From: an uncultured Verrucomicrobiae bacterium
Lineage (GTDB): Bacteria; Verrucomicrobiota; Verrucomicrobiia; Chthoniobacterales; UBA10450
Direction: 5' to 3'
Assembly: GCA_963726745.1 (NCBI GenBank)
Contig: CAVSDR010000002.1
Coordinates: 128,001 to 192,000 of the forward strand
Length of the DNA: 64,000 nucleotides
This document shows, piece by piece, positions 42,695 to 53,298 of the stretch. A program made the translations under genes and the position numbers. Every line of letters starts with the position of its first letter. Position 1 is the stretch's first letter. The notes beneath the pieces are model-generated. The model searched no databases. It saw nothing but the letters and a program-made list of their open reading frames with translations, and was not told the origin of the DNA.

Positions 42695-44056
42695 CTAGAC
42701 CACGCCCTGGTCCATCATCGCGTTCGCGACCTTGAGGAAGCCGGCGATGTTCGCGCCGTTCACGTAGTTCCCCGGCGTGCCATACTTCTCCGCGGTCCGA
42801 TGGCAGACTTCGTGGATCGTGCGCATGATGTTGAAAAGCCGGGTGTCGACTTCTTCGCGCGTCCAGGAGAGGCGCATGCTGTTCTGCGCCATCTCCAGCC
42901 CGCTCGTGGCCACGCCGCCGGCGTTCGCGGCCTTGCCGGGGCCGTAGAGAATCCCGGCTGCGAGGAACTGATTCACGCCCTCGATCGTCGTCGGCATGTT
43001 GGCTCCTTCGGAGACGGCAAAGATGCCGTTGCGCAAGAGGTTCGCCGCGTCGCGGCCGTTGATCTCGTTCTGCGTCGCGCTCGGGAAAGCGCAGTCGGCC
43101 TTGTGGTCCCAGAGCGGGTTGTGATCGAGCGCCGGATCGACCGGCGTGAAGACGGCGCCCTGGAAGCGCTCCGCGTATTCGGCGATGCGGCCACGACGCG
43201 CGTTCTTCAGGTCCATCACGAAGGCGAGCTTTTCGCGGTCGATCCCCGCTTCGTCGAAGATGTAGCCGCCGGAATCGGAAAGCGTGACCGGCTTTGCGCC
43301 TAACGAGATCAGCTTGTCCACGGTGTATTGCGCGACGTTCCCGCTCCCGGAGACGAGGCAGACCTTGCCAGCAAGTTCTTCCTTTCGCGTCTTCAGCATT
43401 TCGGCGGCGAAATAAACCGCGCCGTAGCCGGTCGCTTCCGGCCGGATGACCGAGCCGCCCCAGGTGAGTCCCTTCCCGGTCATGACGCCGGTAAACTCGT
43501 TCTTGAGCCGCTTATACATCCCGAAGAGGTAACCGATCTCGCGCGCGCCGACGCCGATGTCGCCCGCGGGCACATCCGTGTCCGGCCCGATGTGGCGTGC
43601 GAGTTCGCACATGAACGCCTGGCAAAAGCGCATCACCTCGCTGTCGCTCCGGCCGTGCGGATCGAAGTCGGAGCCGCCCTTGCCGCCGCCCATCGGCAAA
43701 GTAGTGAGCGCATTTTTGAAGACCTGCTCGAAGGCGAGGAACTTGAGGATGCCGAGATTGACCGATTGGTGGAAACGGAGCCCGCCTTTGTAGGGCCCGA
43801 TCGCGCTGTTCATCTGCACGCGGAAACCGCGGTTCACGTGCAGCTCGCCGGCATCGTCCTGCCAGGGGACGCGAAAGATGATCACGCGCTCCGGTTCGAT
43901 GATCCGCTCGATGATCTTCGCCTTCCGGTATTCCGGATGCCGCTCCAGCACGAGGGCGAGCGACTCAACCACCTCCTGCACGGCCTGGTGGAATTCCGGC
44001 TCGGCGGGATTCCGCCGCTTCGTCTCCTCGATCAGCTGGGACGCGTAGTCGTTCAC
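42695..44056 (-). CDS. gdhA: NADP-specific glutamate dehydrogenase
   Basis: GPYKGGLRFH, PMGGGKGGSDF, DVPAGDIG, RPEATGYG, GSGNVA, GKAANAGGV. Confidence 0.96.
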   Translation of the reverse strand: MNDYASQLIEETKRRNPAEPEFHQAVQEVVESLALVLERHPEYRKAKIIERIIEPERVIIFRVPWQDDAGELHVNRGFRVQMNSAIGPYKGGLRFHQSVNLGILKFLAFEQVFKNALTTLPMGGGKGGSDFDPHGRSDSEVMRFCQAFMCELARHIGPDTDVPAGDIGVGAREIGYLFGMYKRLKNEFTGVMTGKGLTWGGSVIRPEATGYGAVYFAAEMLKTRKEELAGKVCLVSGSGNVAQYTVDKLISLGAKPVTLSDSGGYIFDEAGIDREKLAFVMDLKNARRGRIAEYAERFQGAVFTPVDPALDHNPLWDHKADCAFPSATQNEINGRDAANLLRNGIFAVSEGANMPTTIEGVNQFLAAGILYGPGKAANAGGVATSGLEMAQNSMRLSWTREEVDTRLFNIMRTIHEVCHRTAEKYGTPGNYVNGANIAGFLKVANAMMDQGVV

Positions 44057-44181
44057 AGGCCTTGAGGCTGCGAGGTATCGCGGAAAGGGGAAGGAAAGAG
44101 AAGGACGAAGTAGCGCAGCCGATCACGGGGCCGGGGCTGTCGCGGCTTGATCTTTCGCGCGGTGGTCTACCGTTGCGCTCA

Positions 44182-45019
44182 ATGATCGTCCACCTGATTG
44201 ACGGCACCTACGAGCTCTTCCGCCACTTTTACGGCTTGCGCCGATTCAACAAGGGGGTGGACAAGCCTTACGGCGCGGTCGTCGGCGTCTTGCAGACAGT
44301 CCTGCAGATGCTCGAGAACGGAGACAGCTACCTCGGGGTCGCGACCGATCATGTGATCGAGTCTTTCCGGAACAAGCTTTGGGCCGGTTACAAAACCGGG
44401 GCCGGGATCGAGCGGGCGTTGCGCGCGCAGTTCGAGCCGCTGGAGGAAGCGCTCGTGGCGATGGGCGTGGTCGTCTGGCCGATGGTGGAGCTCGAGGCGG
44501 ACGATGCCCTTGCTTCCGCCGCGCGGCTGGCCGCGAAGGACCGGAAGGTGGAAAAGGTCGCAATCTGGACGCCCGACAAGGACCTGGCGCAATGCGTCCG
44601 CGGGGAGCGGGTGGTGCAGATCGATGGCCGGCGTAAGACGATCCGCGACGCGGCCGGCATTCGCGAAAAGTTCGGCGTTGAGCCGCCGCTGATTCCCGAT
44701 CTGCTCGCGCTCGTCGGCGACGCGGCCGATGGCTACCCGGGCATTACCGGGATCGGCGCGAAGGGCGCGGCCACGCTGCTAAATTGCCACGGCCCGATCG
44801 AGGACTTCCCGCCGAACGTTCTCGGCCAGGACCGCGAGCTGGCATTGCTCTTCAAACAGCTCGCGACCCTGCGGACCGACGCGCCGCTCTTCAAGAAAGT
44901 GGCGTCGCTTCGCTGGCGCGGCGCGACGCCTGCCTTTGCGGGTTGGGCCGAACGAATGGAAGCGCCGCGGCTGCTCGAGCGCTGCGAAAAACGGCACGTC
45001 GACGGTTGGCGGCGCTTGA
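44182..45019 (+). CDS. Stand-alone 5'-3' exonuclease/flap endonuclease (PolI N-domain-like)
   Basis: HLIDG, SFRN...YK, EADD, DKDLAQ, LVGDAADGYPGITGIGAKGA; 3' end inferred, because the ORF reads into nuoH after a probable A-run indel near 44990. Confidence 0.85.
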
Positions 45020-45073
45020 GCGGCCGATTCGGCGCTTGCTTAAAAAATCGCCGGTCGCTTTTCTTGCGCACGG

Positions 45074-46243
45074 ATGCCCGGCGAATTCCTCGACCAGATC
45101 TTCGTGCGCACGAAGGGCTGGCTGCTTTCGTTCCTCGACGGCGCGCCGCCGTGGCTCCAGCAAGTCGCTTCCAGCTTGCTGACTATTTTGCTGCTCCTGC
45201 ACGTCTTCCTCGCGCTCTTCGCGCTGATGTCGCTGCTCGAGCGGAAAATTCTCGGCCGGATGCAGAATCGCTACGGACCGAATCGCGTCGGCCCTTTTGG
45301 CCTGCTGCAACCGGTGGCCGACGGGATCAAGATGCTGATCAAGGAAGACGTGGTCCCGCTGCGCGCGGACAAGGTGCTGCACTTCCTCGCGCCCATCCTG
45401 GTTGCGGCCCCCGCGATCCTCGCGCTCGGCGTGATTCCTTACGGGCGAAACATGACGCCCTTCGCGATCGATGGCGGGATTCTCTTTTTCTTCGCGGTCG
45501 GCTCGATGACGGAGCTGGCCGTTTTCATGGCGGGGTGGGGGAGCAACAACAAGTTCAGCATGCTCGGCGCGATGCGCGCGATCGCGCAGATGGTGAGCTA
45601 TGAGCTACCGCTGATTTTGACCGTGCTGCCGGTGGTGATGATCGTCGGCTCGCTCTCGGCTGATCAGATTGTGGCGGCGCAGTCGCGTTACTGGTTCGTG
45701 CTCACGCCGTGGGGCGCGGCGGCATTCCTCCTGTTCTTCGTTTCGGGTTTAGTGGAGTCGAATCGAACGCCCTTCGACGTCCCCGAAGGCGAATCGGAAA
45801 TCGTCGCCGGCCACATGACCGAGTATTCCGGCTTCAAATACGCCATCTTTTTCCTCGCGGAATACTTTGGGATGTTTGCCATCGCTGGGCTCGCGGTCAC
45901 GCTCTTCCTCGGCGGCTGGCACGCGCCGCTGCGTTTCCTCGAGTTTATCCCGTCGTGGATTTGGTTTGCCGGCAAGCTGGCGGTGTTGCTCTTCGTCTTT
46001 GTCTGGATTCGCGGGACCCTCCCGCGCACCCGGGTGGACCAGGTGATGAACTTCGCCTGGAAGTTCATGCTTCCGATGGCGTTTGCCTGCATTCTCTCGG
46101 CCGCGGCCTGGCACTACGGCGCGCACGGCCTGCGCGGCTGGCTGTGGTCGTTAGGCCCGCTCGTGCTCGCTTTCTTCGCGCTCACGCGGCTGCTCGACAC
46201 CGGGAAGAAATTTGCCCCGCGCACTTATCGTTTCGCCGAATGA
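45074..46243 (+). CDS. nuoH: Complex I subunit NuoH
   Basis: ERKILGRMQNRYGPNRVG, ADGIK, SYE, NRTPFD, EYSG. Confidence 0.96.
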   Translation: MPGEFLDQIFVRTKGWLLSFLDGAPPWLQQVASSLLTILLLLHVFLALFALMSLLERKILGRMQNRYGPNRVGPFGLLQPVADGIKMLIKEDVVPLRADKVLHFLAPILVAAPAILALGVIPYGRNMTPFAIDGGILFFFAVGSMTELAVFMAGWGSNNKFSMLGAMRAIAQMVSYELPLILTVLPVVMIVGSLSADQIVAAQSRYWFVLTPWGAAAFLLFFVSGLVESNRTPFDVPEGESEIVAGHMTEYSGFKYAIFFLAEYFGMFAIAGLAVTLFLGGWHAPLRFLEFIPSWIWFAGKLAVLLFVFVWIRGTLPRTRVDQVMNFAWKFMLPMAFACILSAAAWHYGAHGLRGWLWSLGPLVLAFFALTRLLDTGKKFAPRTYRFAE

Positions 46244-46725
46244 GCAACGTAGCCTTCCTTCTCATCGCGGTCGGCACGCTCGCGGCGGCGCTGGCCGCGG
46301 CGACCTTGCGGAAGTTGATCCACGCCGCCTTCGCGCTCGCGCTCGCCTTCGTCGGCGTGGCCGCGTTCTACTTCTGGTTAGGCGCGGAGTTCGTGGGGCT
46401 GGTGCAGGTCTTTGTCTACGTGGGTGCGGTCGCGATCTTGCTCGTCTTTACCATCCTGCTCACGCCGCGGGCTGCGACCGCCACCGACAGCCGGTGGCCT
46501 TGGGGCGGTATCGTGATCTCGCTGCTTGTTTTCGCCGCCCTCGCCTGGTCGGTCTGGCATACGCCGCTTGCCGGCAGCGCGCCGGTGCAGGCACCGCTGA
46601 GTGTCCGCCAGATCGGCGAAGTGCTCATGACCGCTTACGTCTGGCCGCTGCTCTGCGTAGGCGTGCTCCTGACCGTGGCGTTGATCGGCGCGCTCGTGCT
46701 TGTGCTGGAGGAGAAACGTCCATGA
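46240..46725 (+). CDS. nuoJ: Complex I subunit NuoJ
   Basis: AEFVGLVQVFVYVGAVAIL; ATGA overlap with nuoH. Confidence 0.9.
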   Translation: MSNVAFLLIAVGTLAAALAAATLRKLIHAAFALALAFVGVAAFYFWLGAEFVGLVQVFVYVGAVAILLVFTILLTPRAATATDSRWPWGGIVISLLVFAALAWSVWHTPLAGSAPVQAPLSVRQIGEVLMTAYVWPLLCVGVLLTVALIGALVLVLEEKRP

Positions 46726-47036
46726 CGCCGACGCTCCAACACGTGCTCCTGGTCTCCTCGGCGCTCTTCGGCATCGGCTTGCTCGCGGCGCTTAGCCGGC
46801 GGCATGCGATCTTCATCCTCATCGGGATCGAGCTCATGCTCGCGGCCGCGAACGTGAACTTCATCGCCTTTTGGCGCTTCGCGCCGGAACCGCATCCGCC
46901 CACCGGCGTCATGGTCGCGATCTTCAGCATCGCCATTGCCGCCGCCGAAGCCGCGGTCGGGCTGGCCCTGGTGATCGCGGTTTACCGGCACTACCGCACC
47001 ACGCAGGTCGAGCAGCTCGACCAGCTCAAGGGATGA
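46722..47036 (+). CDS. nuoK: Complex I subunit NuoK
   Basis: IELML, AAAEAAVGLAL. Confidence 0.93.
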   Translation: MTPTLQHVLLVSSALFGIGLLAALSRRHAIFILIGIELMLAAANVNFIAFWRFAPEPHPPTGVMVAIFSIAIAAAEAAVGLALVIAVYRHYRTTQVEQLDQLKG

Positions 47037-48955
47037 ACCACGCGATGGTCGACTTCCTTTGGGCGATCCCGCTGGTGCCGCTGGCGGTCTCGCTGCTCGT
47101 GCTGGCCTCTTCGCGCAAGCTCGCGGCCGCGCTCGCGATCGCGGGGCAGACAATCGCGCTGCTGCTTTCGATCGCCGCCTTCCACTCAACCATGGTCGCG
47201 CCCGGCCATCTCGCGGTGCGCAATTTCACCTGGTTCCATTTTGGCGACCAGACGCTCCGGCTCGGCCTGCTGCTCGATCCGCTGACCGCGGTGATGCTGG
47301 TCATGATCACTTTCGTGGCGCTCTGCATCTTCGTTTTCAGCGTCGGCTACATGGCGGCGGATAAAAATTTCGGCCGCTTCTTCGCTTACCTTTCGTTCTT
47401 CACCGCGGCCATGCTCGGCGTGGTCGTGGCGAACAGCTTGCTGCTTGTTTTCATCTGCTGGGAGTTGGTCGGGCTTGCGTCGTATTTGCTGATTGGTTTC
47501 TGGATCGAGAAGCCGAGCGCCGCCGCAGCCGCGAAGAAGGCTTTCATCACCACGCGCATCGGCGACCTCGGATTTTTCCTCGGACTGCTCTGGCTCTACC
47601 GGACCACGGGGACCACGCTCTTTTACGGTGAAGGCGGGGGCGCGTTCGCGTTGCTCCCGGGCGGCAGCACCGCGATCGCGCTGCTTATTTTCTGCGGAGC
47701 GGTCGGGAAGTCGGGGCAATTTCCGCTGCACGTCTGGCTGCCCGACGCGATGGAAGGGCCCACGCCGGTGAGCGCATTGATTCATGCGGCCACGATGGTG
47801 GCGGCGGGGGTTTTCCTGGTCGCGCGGAGCTATCCGCTCTTCACCGCCGAGGCGCTCCAGGTGGTCGTGTGGGTCGGGGTACTGACTGCTTTCATCGCCG
47901 CGCTCATCGGGCTGGCGCAGTTCGATCTCAAGCGCATCCTGGCTTACTCGACCGTCTCGCAGCTCGGCCTGATGATGGTCTCGTTAGGCGTGGGCGGAGT
48001 GAGCGCGGGGATCCTGCACCTGCTGGCACACGGCTTCTTCAAGGCGCTGCTTTTCCTCGGCGCCGGCTCGGTCATCCACGGGACGCACCACGAGCAGGAC
48101 ATCCGGAAAATGGGCGGCCTGCGCGGGGCCATGCCGCTGACTTTTTTCACTTACGCCATCGGCATGATGGCGCTGAGCGGCGTGCCGCTGTTCTTTGCCG
48201 GCGCCTGGACGAAAGAGGAAATCCTCCACGCGACCGCGGCCTGGCCGGTCTCGCGCCTGCCTTACTATTTCACCATGGCCGGCGTGGTCCTGACCTCGCT
48301 CTACATGACCCGGCAAATGATCTTCGTTTTCTTCGGACAACGGCGGGGCGGCGAGGCGCATGAGAGTCCGCGGGTGATGACCGGGCCGTTGATCTTGCTG
48401 GCTGTTTGCACGGTGGCGCTGAGCGCGCTGCTCACGCCGGCCTGGCCGTGGCTGCATGCGTTTCTCCTCGGCGAACCGGCGTCTTTCCGGCCGGGCGAAT
48501 TCATCCAGCCCGCGCTCTTCGTCTCGCTCCTGCTGGTCGCGCTCGGGATCGGAAGCGGTCTGCTTTTCTATCGTGGCGCGGGCGAGCGGGACCCGTTGCA
48601 AACCCGCTTTCCGGCGCTCTTCCGCTTCCTCGAAAACCGAATGTGGCTCGACGAACTTTACGCGCTCACCGTGATCGCGCTGGCCCGCGCGGCGGCAGCG
48701 ATTTCGTCCTGGATGGATCGCTTTGTCTGGGATGGCGCGGTGCGGGCCGTTGCCGGTTGCGGGAAATTAGCCGGCACTTTGAGCAAGGGAGCCGATGAGC
48801 ACGGCTTCAATGCCGCGGGCGATCTTTCGGCCGCGAGCACCGGCGCGCTCGGCCGGCTTTTTTCGCGCCTACATTCCGGGCAGGTGCAGGGATATCTCGG
48901 GGCGCTCGCCGTGGGCATGCTCGCGCTGCTTTTGCTCTTCGCCTGGCTGGCATGA
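47033..48955 (+). CDS. nuoL: Complex I subunit NuoL with extended lateral helix
   Basis: WELVG, TRIGD, GKSGQFPLHVWLPDAMEGPTPVSALIHAATMV, HGFFKALLFL. Confidence 0.95.
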   Translation: MNHAMVDFLWAIPLVPLAVSLLVLASSRKLAAALAIAGQTIALLLSIAAFHSTMVAPGHLAVRNFTWFHFGDQTLRLGLLLDPLTAVMLVMITFVALCIFVFSVGYMAADKNFGRFFAYLSFFTAAMLGVVVANSLLLVFICWELVGLASYLLIGFWIEKPSAAAAAKKAFITTRIGDLGFFLGLLWLYRTTGTTLFYGEGGGAFALLPGGSTAIALLIFCGAVGKSGQFPLHVWLPDAMEGPTPVSALIHAATMVAAGVFLVARSYPLFTAEALQVVVWVGVLTAFIAALIGLAQFDLKRILAYSTVSQLGLMMVSLGVGGVSAGILHLLAHGFFKALLFLGAGSVIHGTHHEQDIRKMGGLRGAMPLTFFTYAIGMMALSGVPLFFAGAWTKEEILHATAAWPVSRLPYYFTMAGVVLTSLYMTRQMIFVFFGQRRGGEAHESPRVMTGPLILLAVCTVALSALLTPAWPWLHAFLLGEPASFRPGEFIQPALFVSLLLVALGIGSGLLFYRGAGERDPLQTRFPALFRFLENRMWLDELYALTVIALARAAAAISSWMDRFVWDGAVRAVAGCGKLAGTLSKGADEHGFNAAGDLSAASTGALGRLFSRLHSGQVQGYLGALAVGMLALLLLFAWLA

Positions 48956-50406
48956 TCACCGCGCTCCTGCTCCTGCCACTGATCGGCGCACTGTTCGTTA
49001 GCCTAATGCCGGCGACGCGGGCGCGCGGGACGGCGCTCGGATTCAATTTACTCAGCGCGATCGTGGTCTTCGCAATCTGGCGGCGTTTCGACCCGCAGCT
49101 GGTCGGCCTGCAGTTGGTCGAGCGGCACGACTGGATTCCTGCGATCGGCGCAGAGTATCTCCTCGGGGTCGACGGCCTGAGCTTGCTGCTGGTTTTGCTG
49201 ACCACCATCGTGATTCCGTTCGCGCTCCTGGCGCAACGGATGGAGCGCGGCTTCTGCTCGTTAGTCCTGGTAACGCAGGCGGCGCTTTACGGCACTTTCA
49301 CCGCGCAGAATTTTGTCCTTTGGTTCCTCTTTTACGAGATGAGCCTGCTGCCGGCTTTTCTCCTGATCAAGCTCTGGGGTGGGGAAGGCCGGGACCGTGC
49401 GGCGACGAAGTTTTTCGTCTACACCTTCCTCGGGAGCGCGGCCATGTTGCTGGCTTTTCTCGGGATCTTTTTCGTGCGCCACACCTTTGATTTCGCGGCG
49501 CTGGCGCAAATCGGGAAGAGCGGGGTGCTGAGCGGGAAGCTCGCGTGGTTTTGTTTTGCCGGCATTTTCCTGGGGCTGGCGGTGAAGGTGCCGCTCTGGC
49601 CGTTTCACACCTGGCTGCCGGACGCTTACGCGAGCGCGCCGACCGGCGGGTCGATGATCCTGACCGGTCTGCTCTCGAAGATGGGGCTGTATGGATTTCT
49701 CCGGCTGCTCCTGCCGCTCTTCCCTAACGAGTTGAAGCTCGCGGGCCCGTGGCTGCTTGGCTTGGCGGTGGCCTCGATTGTTCTTTCCGCGTTGGCCGCG
49801 TGGGCCCAGCGCGACCTCAAACGCATGGCTGGTTATCTCTCGATCAATCACCTCGGTTATTGCCTGCTCGCGCTCTTCGCCGTCACCGCGACCGCAGCCC
49901 GCCCAGGCGCCGATGTGCAGGCAGCACTTGGCGGCGTTTTCCTGCAGATTTTCAATCACGGCCTGACCGCGGCCGCGCTTTTCTACTTCATCGGCCTGCT
50001 CGAGCAACGCCGCGGGACCCGCGGTCTGGAGGACTTCGGCGGGCTGATGCAACGCGCCCCGCTCTTCTGCGGCTGGATGAGCGTGACCATGTTCTCCTCG
50101 TTAGGCTTGCCGGGGTTGAATGGCTTTGTCGGCGAGTTCCTGATCTTCAAGGGTGTCTTCGCGCTCGCGCCCGTCTTCGCGGCGGTGGCCACGCTCGGCC
50201 TCCTTTTCACTGCCGTTGTTCTCCTGGGAGCGATGCAGAAGATTTTCAGCGGCCCAGCGCGCGGGGAATTCGCGGACTTGCACCGCGGCGAGTTGCTCGT
50301 GGTCGTGCCGGTGACCTTGCTCCTGATCGCGCTCGGACTTTTCCCGCAGCTCCTGCTGCACTTTCTCAACGCCACCGTCGCCCAGATGGCGCGACTTTTC
50401 GCATGA
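48952..50406 (+). CDS. nuoM: Complex I subunit NuoM (copy 1)
   Basis: LGVDGLS, FYE, AVKVPLWPFHTWLPDA, LSKMG, LGLPGLNGFVGEF. Confidence 0.9.
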   Translation: MITALLLLPLIGALFVSLMPATRARGTALGFNLLSAIVVFAIWRRFDPQLVGLQLVERHDWIPAIGAEYLLGVDGLSLLLVLLTTIVIPFALLAQRMERGFCSLVLVTQAALYGTFTAQNFVLWFLFYEMSLLPAFLLIKLWGGEGRDRAATKFFVYTFLGSAAMLLAFLGIFFVRHTFDFAALAQIGKSGVLSGKLAWFCFAGIFLGLAVKVPLWPFHTWLPDAYASAPTGGSMILTGLLSKMGLYGFLRLLLPLFPNELKLAGPWLLGLAVASIVLSALAAWAQRDLKRMAGYLSINHLGYCLLALFAVTATAARPGADVQAALGGVFLQIFNHGLTAAALFYFIGLLEQRRGTRGLEDFGGLMQRAPLFCGWMSVTMFSSLGLPGLNGFVGEFLIFKGVFALAPVFAAVATLGLLFTAVVLLGAMQKIFSGPARGEFADLHRGELLVVVPVTLLLIALGLFPQLLLHFLNATVAQMARLFA

Positions 50407-51848
50407 GCTCCCTCGCTGCCTGGAGCATTCCCCTGACCTTTGGCGGAGCGCTGCTTGCGCTTTTCCTCCCGCAGGTGTGCGCGCGTTGGATCGCACTCAC
50501 GACCACCACGGCCGGCTTCGCGGTCAGTGCGCTGGCTCTCTTCGCGGAGAAAGTGCCGGCTGCCTTTACCACGATCGTGCGCATACCCTGGGTGCCCGCG
50601 CTCGGGATGGAATACCACCTCGCGGCCGATGGCATCAGCCTCACGCTGACCCTCGTGACCGGGCTCACCGCGGTCTGCGCGGTCTTGTTCTCGTGGGATG
50701 AAACGCGTCGGCCAAATGAGTTCTTCTTCTGGCTCCTGCTCGTGGTGGGCGGGTCTTACGGCGTCTTCCTGAGCGCGGACCTCTTCCTCTTCTTTGTCTT
50801 CTACGAGCTCGTGATCGTGCCGAAGTATTTCCTGATCGCGACCTGGGGATCGACCCGCAAGGAATACGGCGCGATGAAGCTGACGCTCTATTCCTTCGCG
50901 GGGGGCGCGCTGGTTTTCGTGGGAATCCTCGCGGCCTATGTGAGCAGCGGCACGCTGGACCTGCAGCGGCTGGCGACGTTTGCCTTCCCGCCGCAACTCC
51001 AGGCCTGGGCCTTTCCGGTGCTCTTTCTCGGCTTCGCCATCCTCGCCGGCCTCTGGCCGCTGCACACTTGGGCGCCGACCGGCCACGTGGCCGCGCCGAC
51101 GGCTGGCTCGATGCTGCTTGCCGGCATCGTGATGAAGCTGGGCGCTTACGGCGCGCTGCGGGTGGCGGTGAATCTTTTTCCGGAAGGTTTCGCGTTTTGG
51201 AGAAAGTGGATCGCGGTCCTGGCGGTTATCGGCATTCTCTACGCCGCGGCGGTCGCCCTGCGGCAGCGCGACCTGAAATTCGTCATCGGTTATTCGAGCG
51301 TGAGCCACATGGGCTTCATCCTCCTCGGGCTGGCCGCGGCCAACTCGTTAGGCGTGGCTGGCGCGGTCCTGCAAATGTTCTCGCACGGCGTGATCGGGGC
51401 ACTGCTTTTCGCGGTCGCGGGCCGGATGATTTACCCGCGCACGCACACGCGCGACCTGCACGAGCTCGCCCGGATGAACCTCGGCCGCGCGCTGCCGTTT
51501 GCGGCCGCTGTCTTCGTGCTCGCCTCCGCGGCTTCGATGGGGCTTCCCGGCTTTAGCGGCTTCGCCGCCGAGATCACGATCCTGCTCGGCGTTTGGCAGC
51601 ATTTTCCCGCGGCGGTCTGGTTGACCGGCGTGGGCATGGTGCTGGTGGCGGCGTTTTCGCTGCGCGCGCTCAAGCTGACCTTCTTTGCCGACAACCCGTC
51701 GCCGCCAGCCGCGCTCGAGCCGATCACCCTCCCGGAAAAGCTGGGCGCCGCGCTTCTCCTGGCCGCGACCGTGGGCGTGGGAATTTACCCGACCAGCTTG
51801 CTCGACCGCATCCTGCCGGCAGTCCAGGCGATGAGGTTCCTCCAATGA
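50403..51848 (+). CDS. nuoM: Complex I subunit NuoM (copy 2)
   Basis: ADGISL, FYE, WPLHTWAP, MKLGAYG, YSSVSHMG, GLPGFSGFAAE. Confidence 0.9.
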   Translation: MSSLAAWSIPLTFGGALLALFLPQVCARWIALTTTTAGFAVSALALFAEKVPAAFTTIVRIPWVPALGMEYHLAADGISLTLTLVTGLTAVCAVLFSWDETRRPNEFFFWLLLVVGGSYGVFLSADLFLFFVFYELVIVPKYFLIATWGSTRKEYGAMKLTLYSFAGGALVFVGILAAYVSSGTLDLQRLATFAFPPQLQAWAFPVLFLGFAILAGLWPLHTWAPTGHVAAPTAGSMLLAGIVMKLGAYGALRVAVNLFPEGFAFWRKWIAVLAVIGILYAAAVALRQRDLKFVIGYSSVSHMGFILLGLAAANSLGVAGAVLQMFSHGVIGALLFAVAGRMIYPRTHTRDLHELARMNLGRALPFAAAVFVLASAASMGLPGFSGFAAEITILLGVWQHFPAAVWLTGVGMVLVAAFSLRALKLTFFADNPSPPAALEPITLPEKLGAALLLAATVGVGIYPTSLLDRILPAVQAMRFLQ

Positions 51849-53291
51849 GCTACCTCGAGCTGCTGCGCTTGACCGCGCCCGAGGGCACGCTGCTGGTGAG
51901 CGCGCTGGCTATTTTGGCCGTTGGCCTAACGAGTCCAGGACGGAGCGGCTTGATCGCGCTGCTGGCAGCGGCGGGGGTTGCGCTGGCTCTTGGGGCCGTT
52001 TGGACGCTGCCCGCGCAGGCGACGCTCCTCGGCGGGATGCTGGTCGTTTCGCCGCTCAGCTCACTCCTGAAGATGGTCTGCCTGGTGCTCGCGCTGGGCG
52101 CGATTTTGCTGGGTGCGCCGGGGCGGCAGCACGCGGAATTCGTAGGGCTGACTTTGCTCGCGACGATCGGCCTGCTCCTGCTCGTGGGGAGCGAAGAACT
52201 GCTGATGATCTTCATCGGGCTCGAGCTCACCGGGCTCTCGCTTTATGTCCTCACCGCGTGGGACCGCGAGCGCGCGGCCTCGGCGGAGGCGGGGCTGAAG
52301 TATTTCCTTTTTGGGAGCACTGCCAGCGCTTTCACGCTCTTCGGCTTGAGCCTGGTCTATGGAATGTGCGGGAGCACCAGCCTCGCCGGGATCTCCTCGA
52401 GCCTGGCGGCGCAAACCCTTTCGCCGCTCCTGGCCGCGGGCCTGGTCATGACCACGGTCGGTTTTGCCTTCAAGATCGCGGCTGCGCCCTTCCATCTCTG
52501 GGCGCCGGACGCGTATGAAGCAGCGCCCGTCGCAGGCGCCGCTTTCATCGCCTCGGCCTCGAAGGTCGCGGCTTTCGCGGTTCTGGGAAAGCTGCTCCTG
52601 GCCGGCTTCGCCCCAATGCGCGGAAGCGCGGATTGGCAGGCGTTTGCCGCCGGATGGGCGCCGCTGCTCGCAGTGCTGGCGGCGTTCTCGATCCTGCTCG
52701 GGAGCCTGGTGGCGCTGGCGCAAAAAAATCTCCGCCGCCTGTTGGCTTACTCGGCGGTGGCGCATGCGGGCTACACTTTGATCGGACTGGTGGCGGGTGG
52801 CCGCGAGGGCTTTCGCGGCCACGCTTTTCTACACCACGAGCTACGCGCTTACCTTGCTGGGAGCGTTTGGCGTGGTGGGGATCGTGCAGCGCGCGACCGG
52901 CGGCGACGACTTCGCGCAATTCGCCGGCTTGCGCACGCGCTCCCCGCTGCTCGCGGGCTGCCTCGCGATCTCGTTGCTCTCGTTAGCCGGGCTCCCGCCA
53001 CTGGCCGGTTTTTTCGGGAAGTTTTATCTTTTCGCGGCCGCACTGCGCGCCGGGGAAAATCACGGCCTGCTCTGGCTGGTGGCGGTAGCGCTGCTGGGAA
53101 GCCTGGTCTCGCTCTATTATTACCTGATGGTCTTGAAGGCCATCCTGGTCGACCCCGCGCCGCCGGAGGCGCCACTCGTTCGGGCGAATCCCGCGCAAGC
53201 CATCTTGCTGGCTATCCTGGCGGGCTTGACGGTGTTCCTGGGCGTCTTCCCGGGGCCGTGGCTGCGCGCGCTTTTACAGGCGCTGCCGTAG
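51845..53291 (+). CDS. nuoN: Complex I subunit NuoN (frameshift near 52815)
   Basis: EAGLKYF, FKIAAAPFHLWAPDAY, RLLAYS; SLAGLPPLAGFFGKF and YYYL in ORF 52797..53291. Confidence 0.92.
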
Positions 53292-53298
53292 CGGTTCC

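Noticed and set aside
44062..45603. 513-aa extended exonuclease overlapping nuoH
   Set aside because: The tail is out-of-frame nuoH sequence, probably from an indel near 44990.
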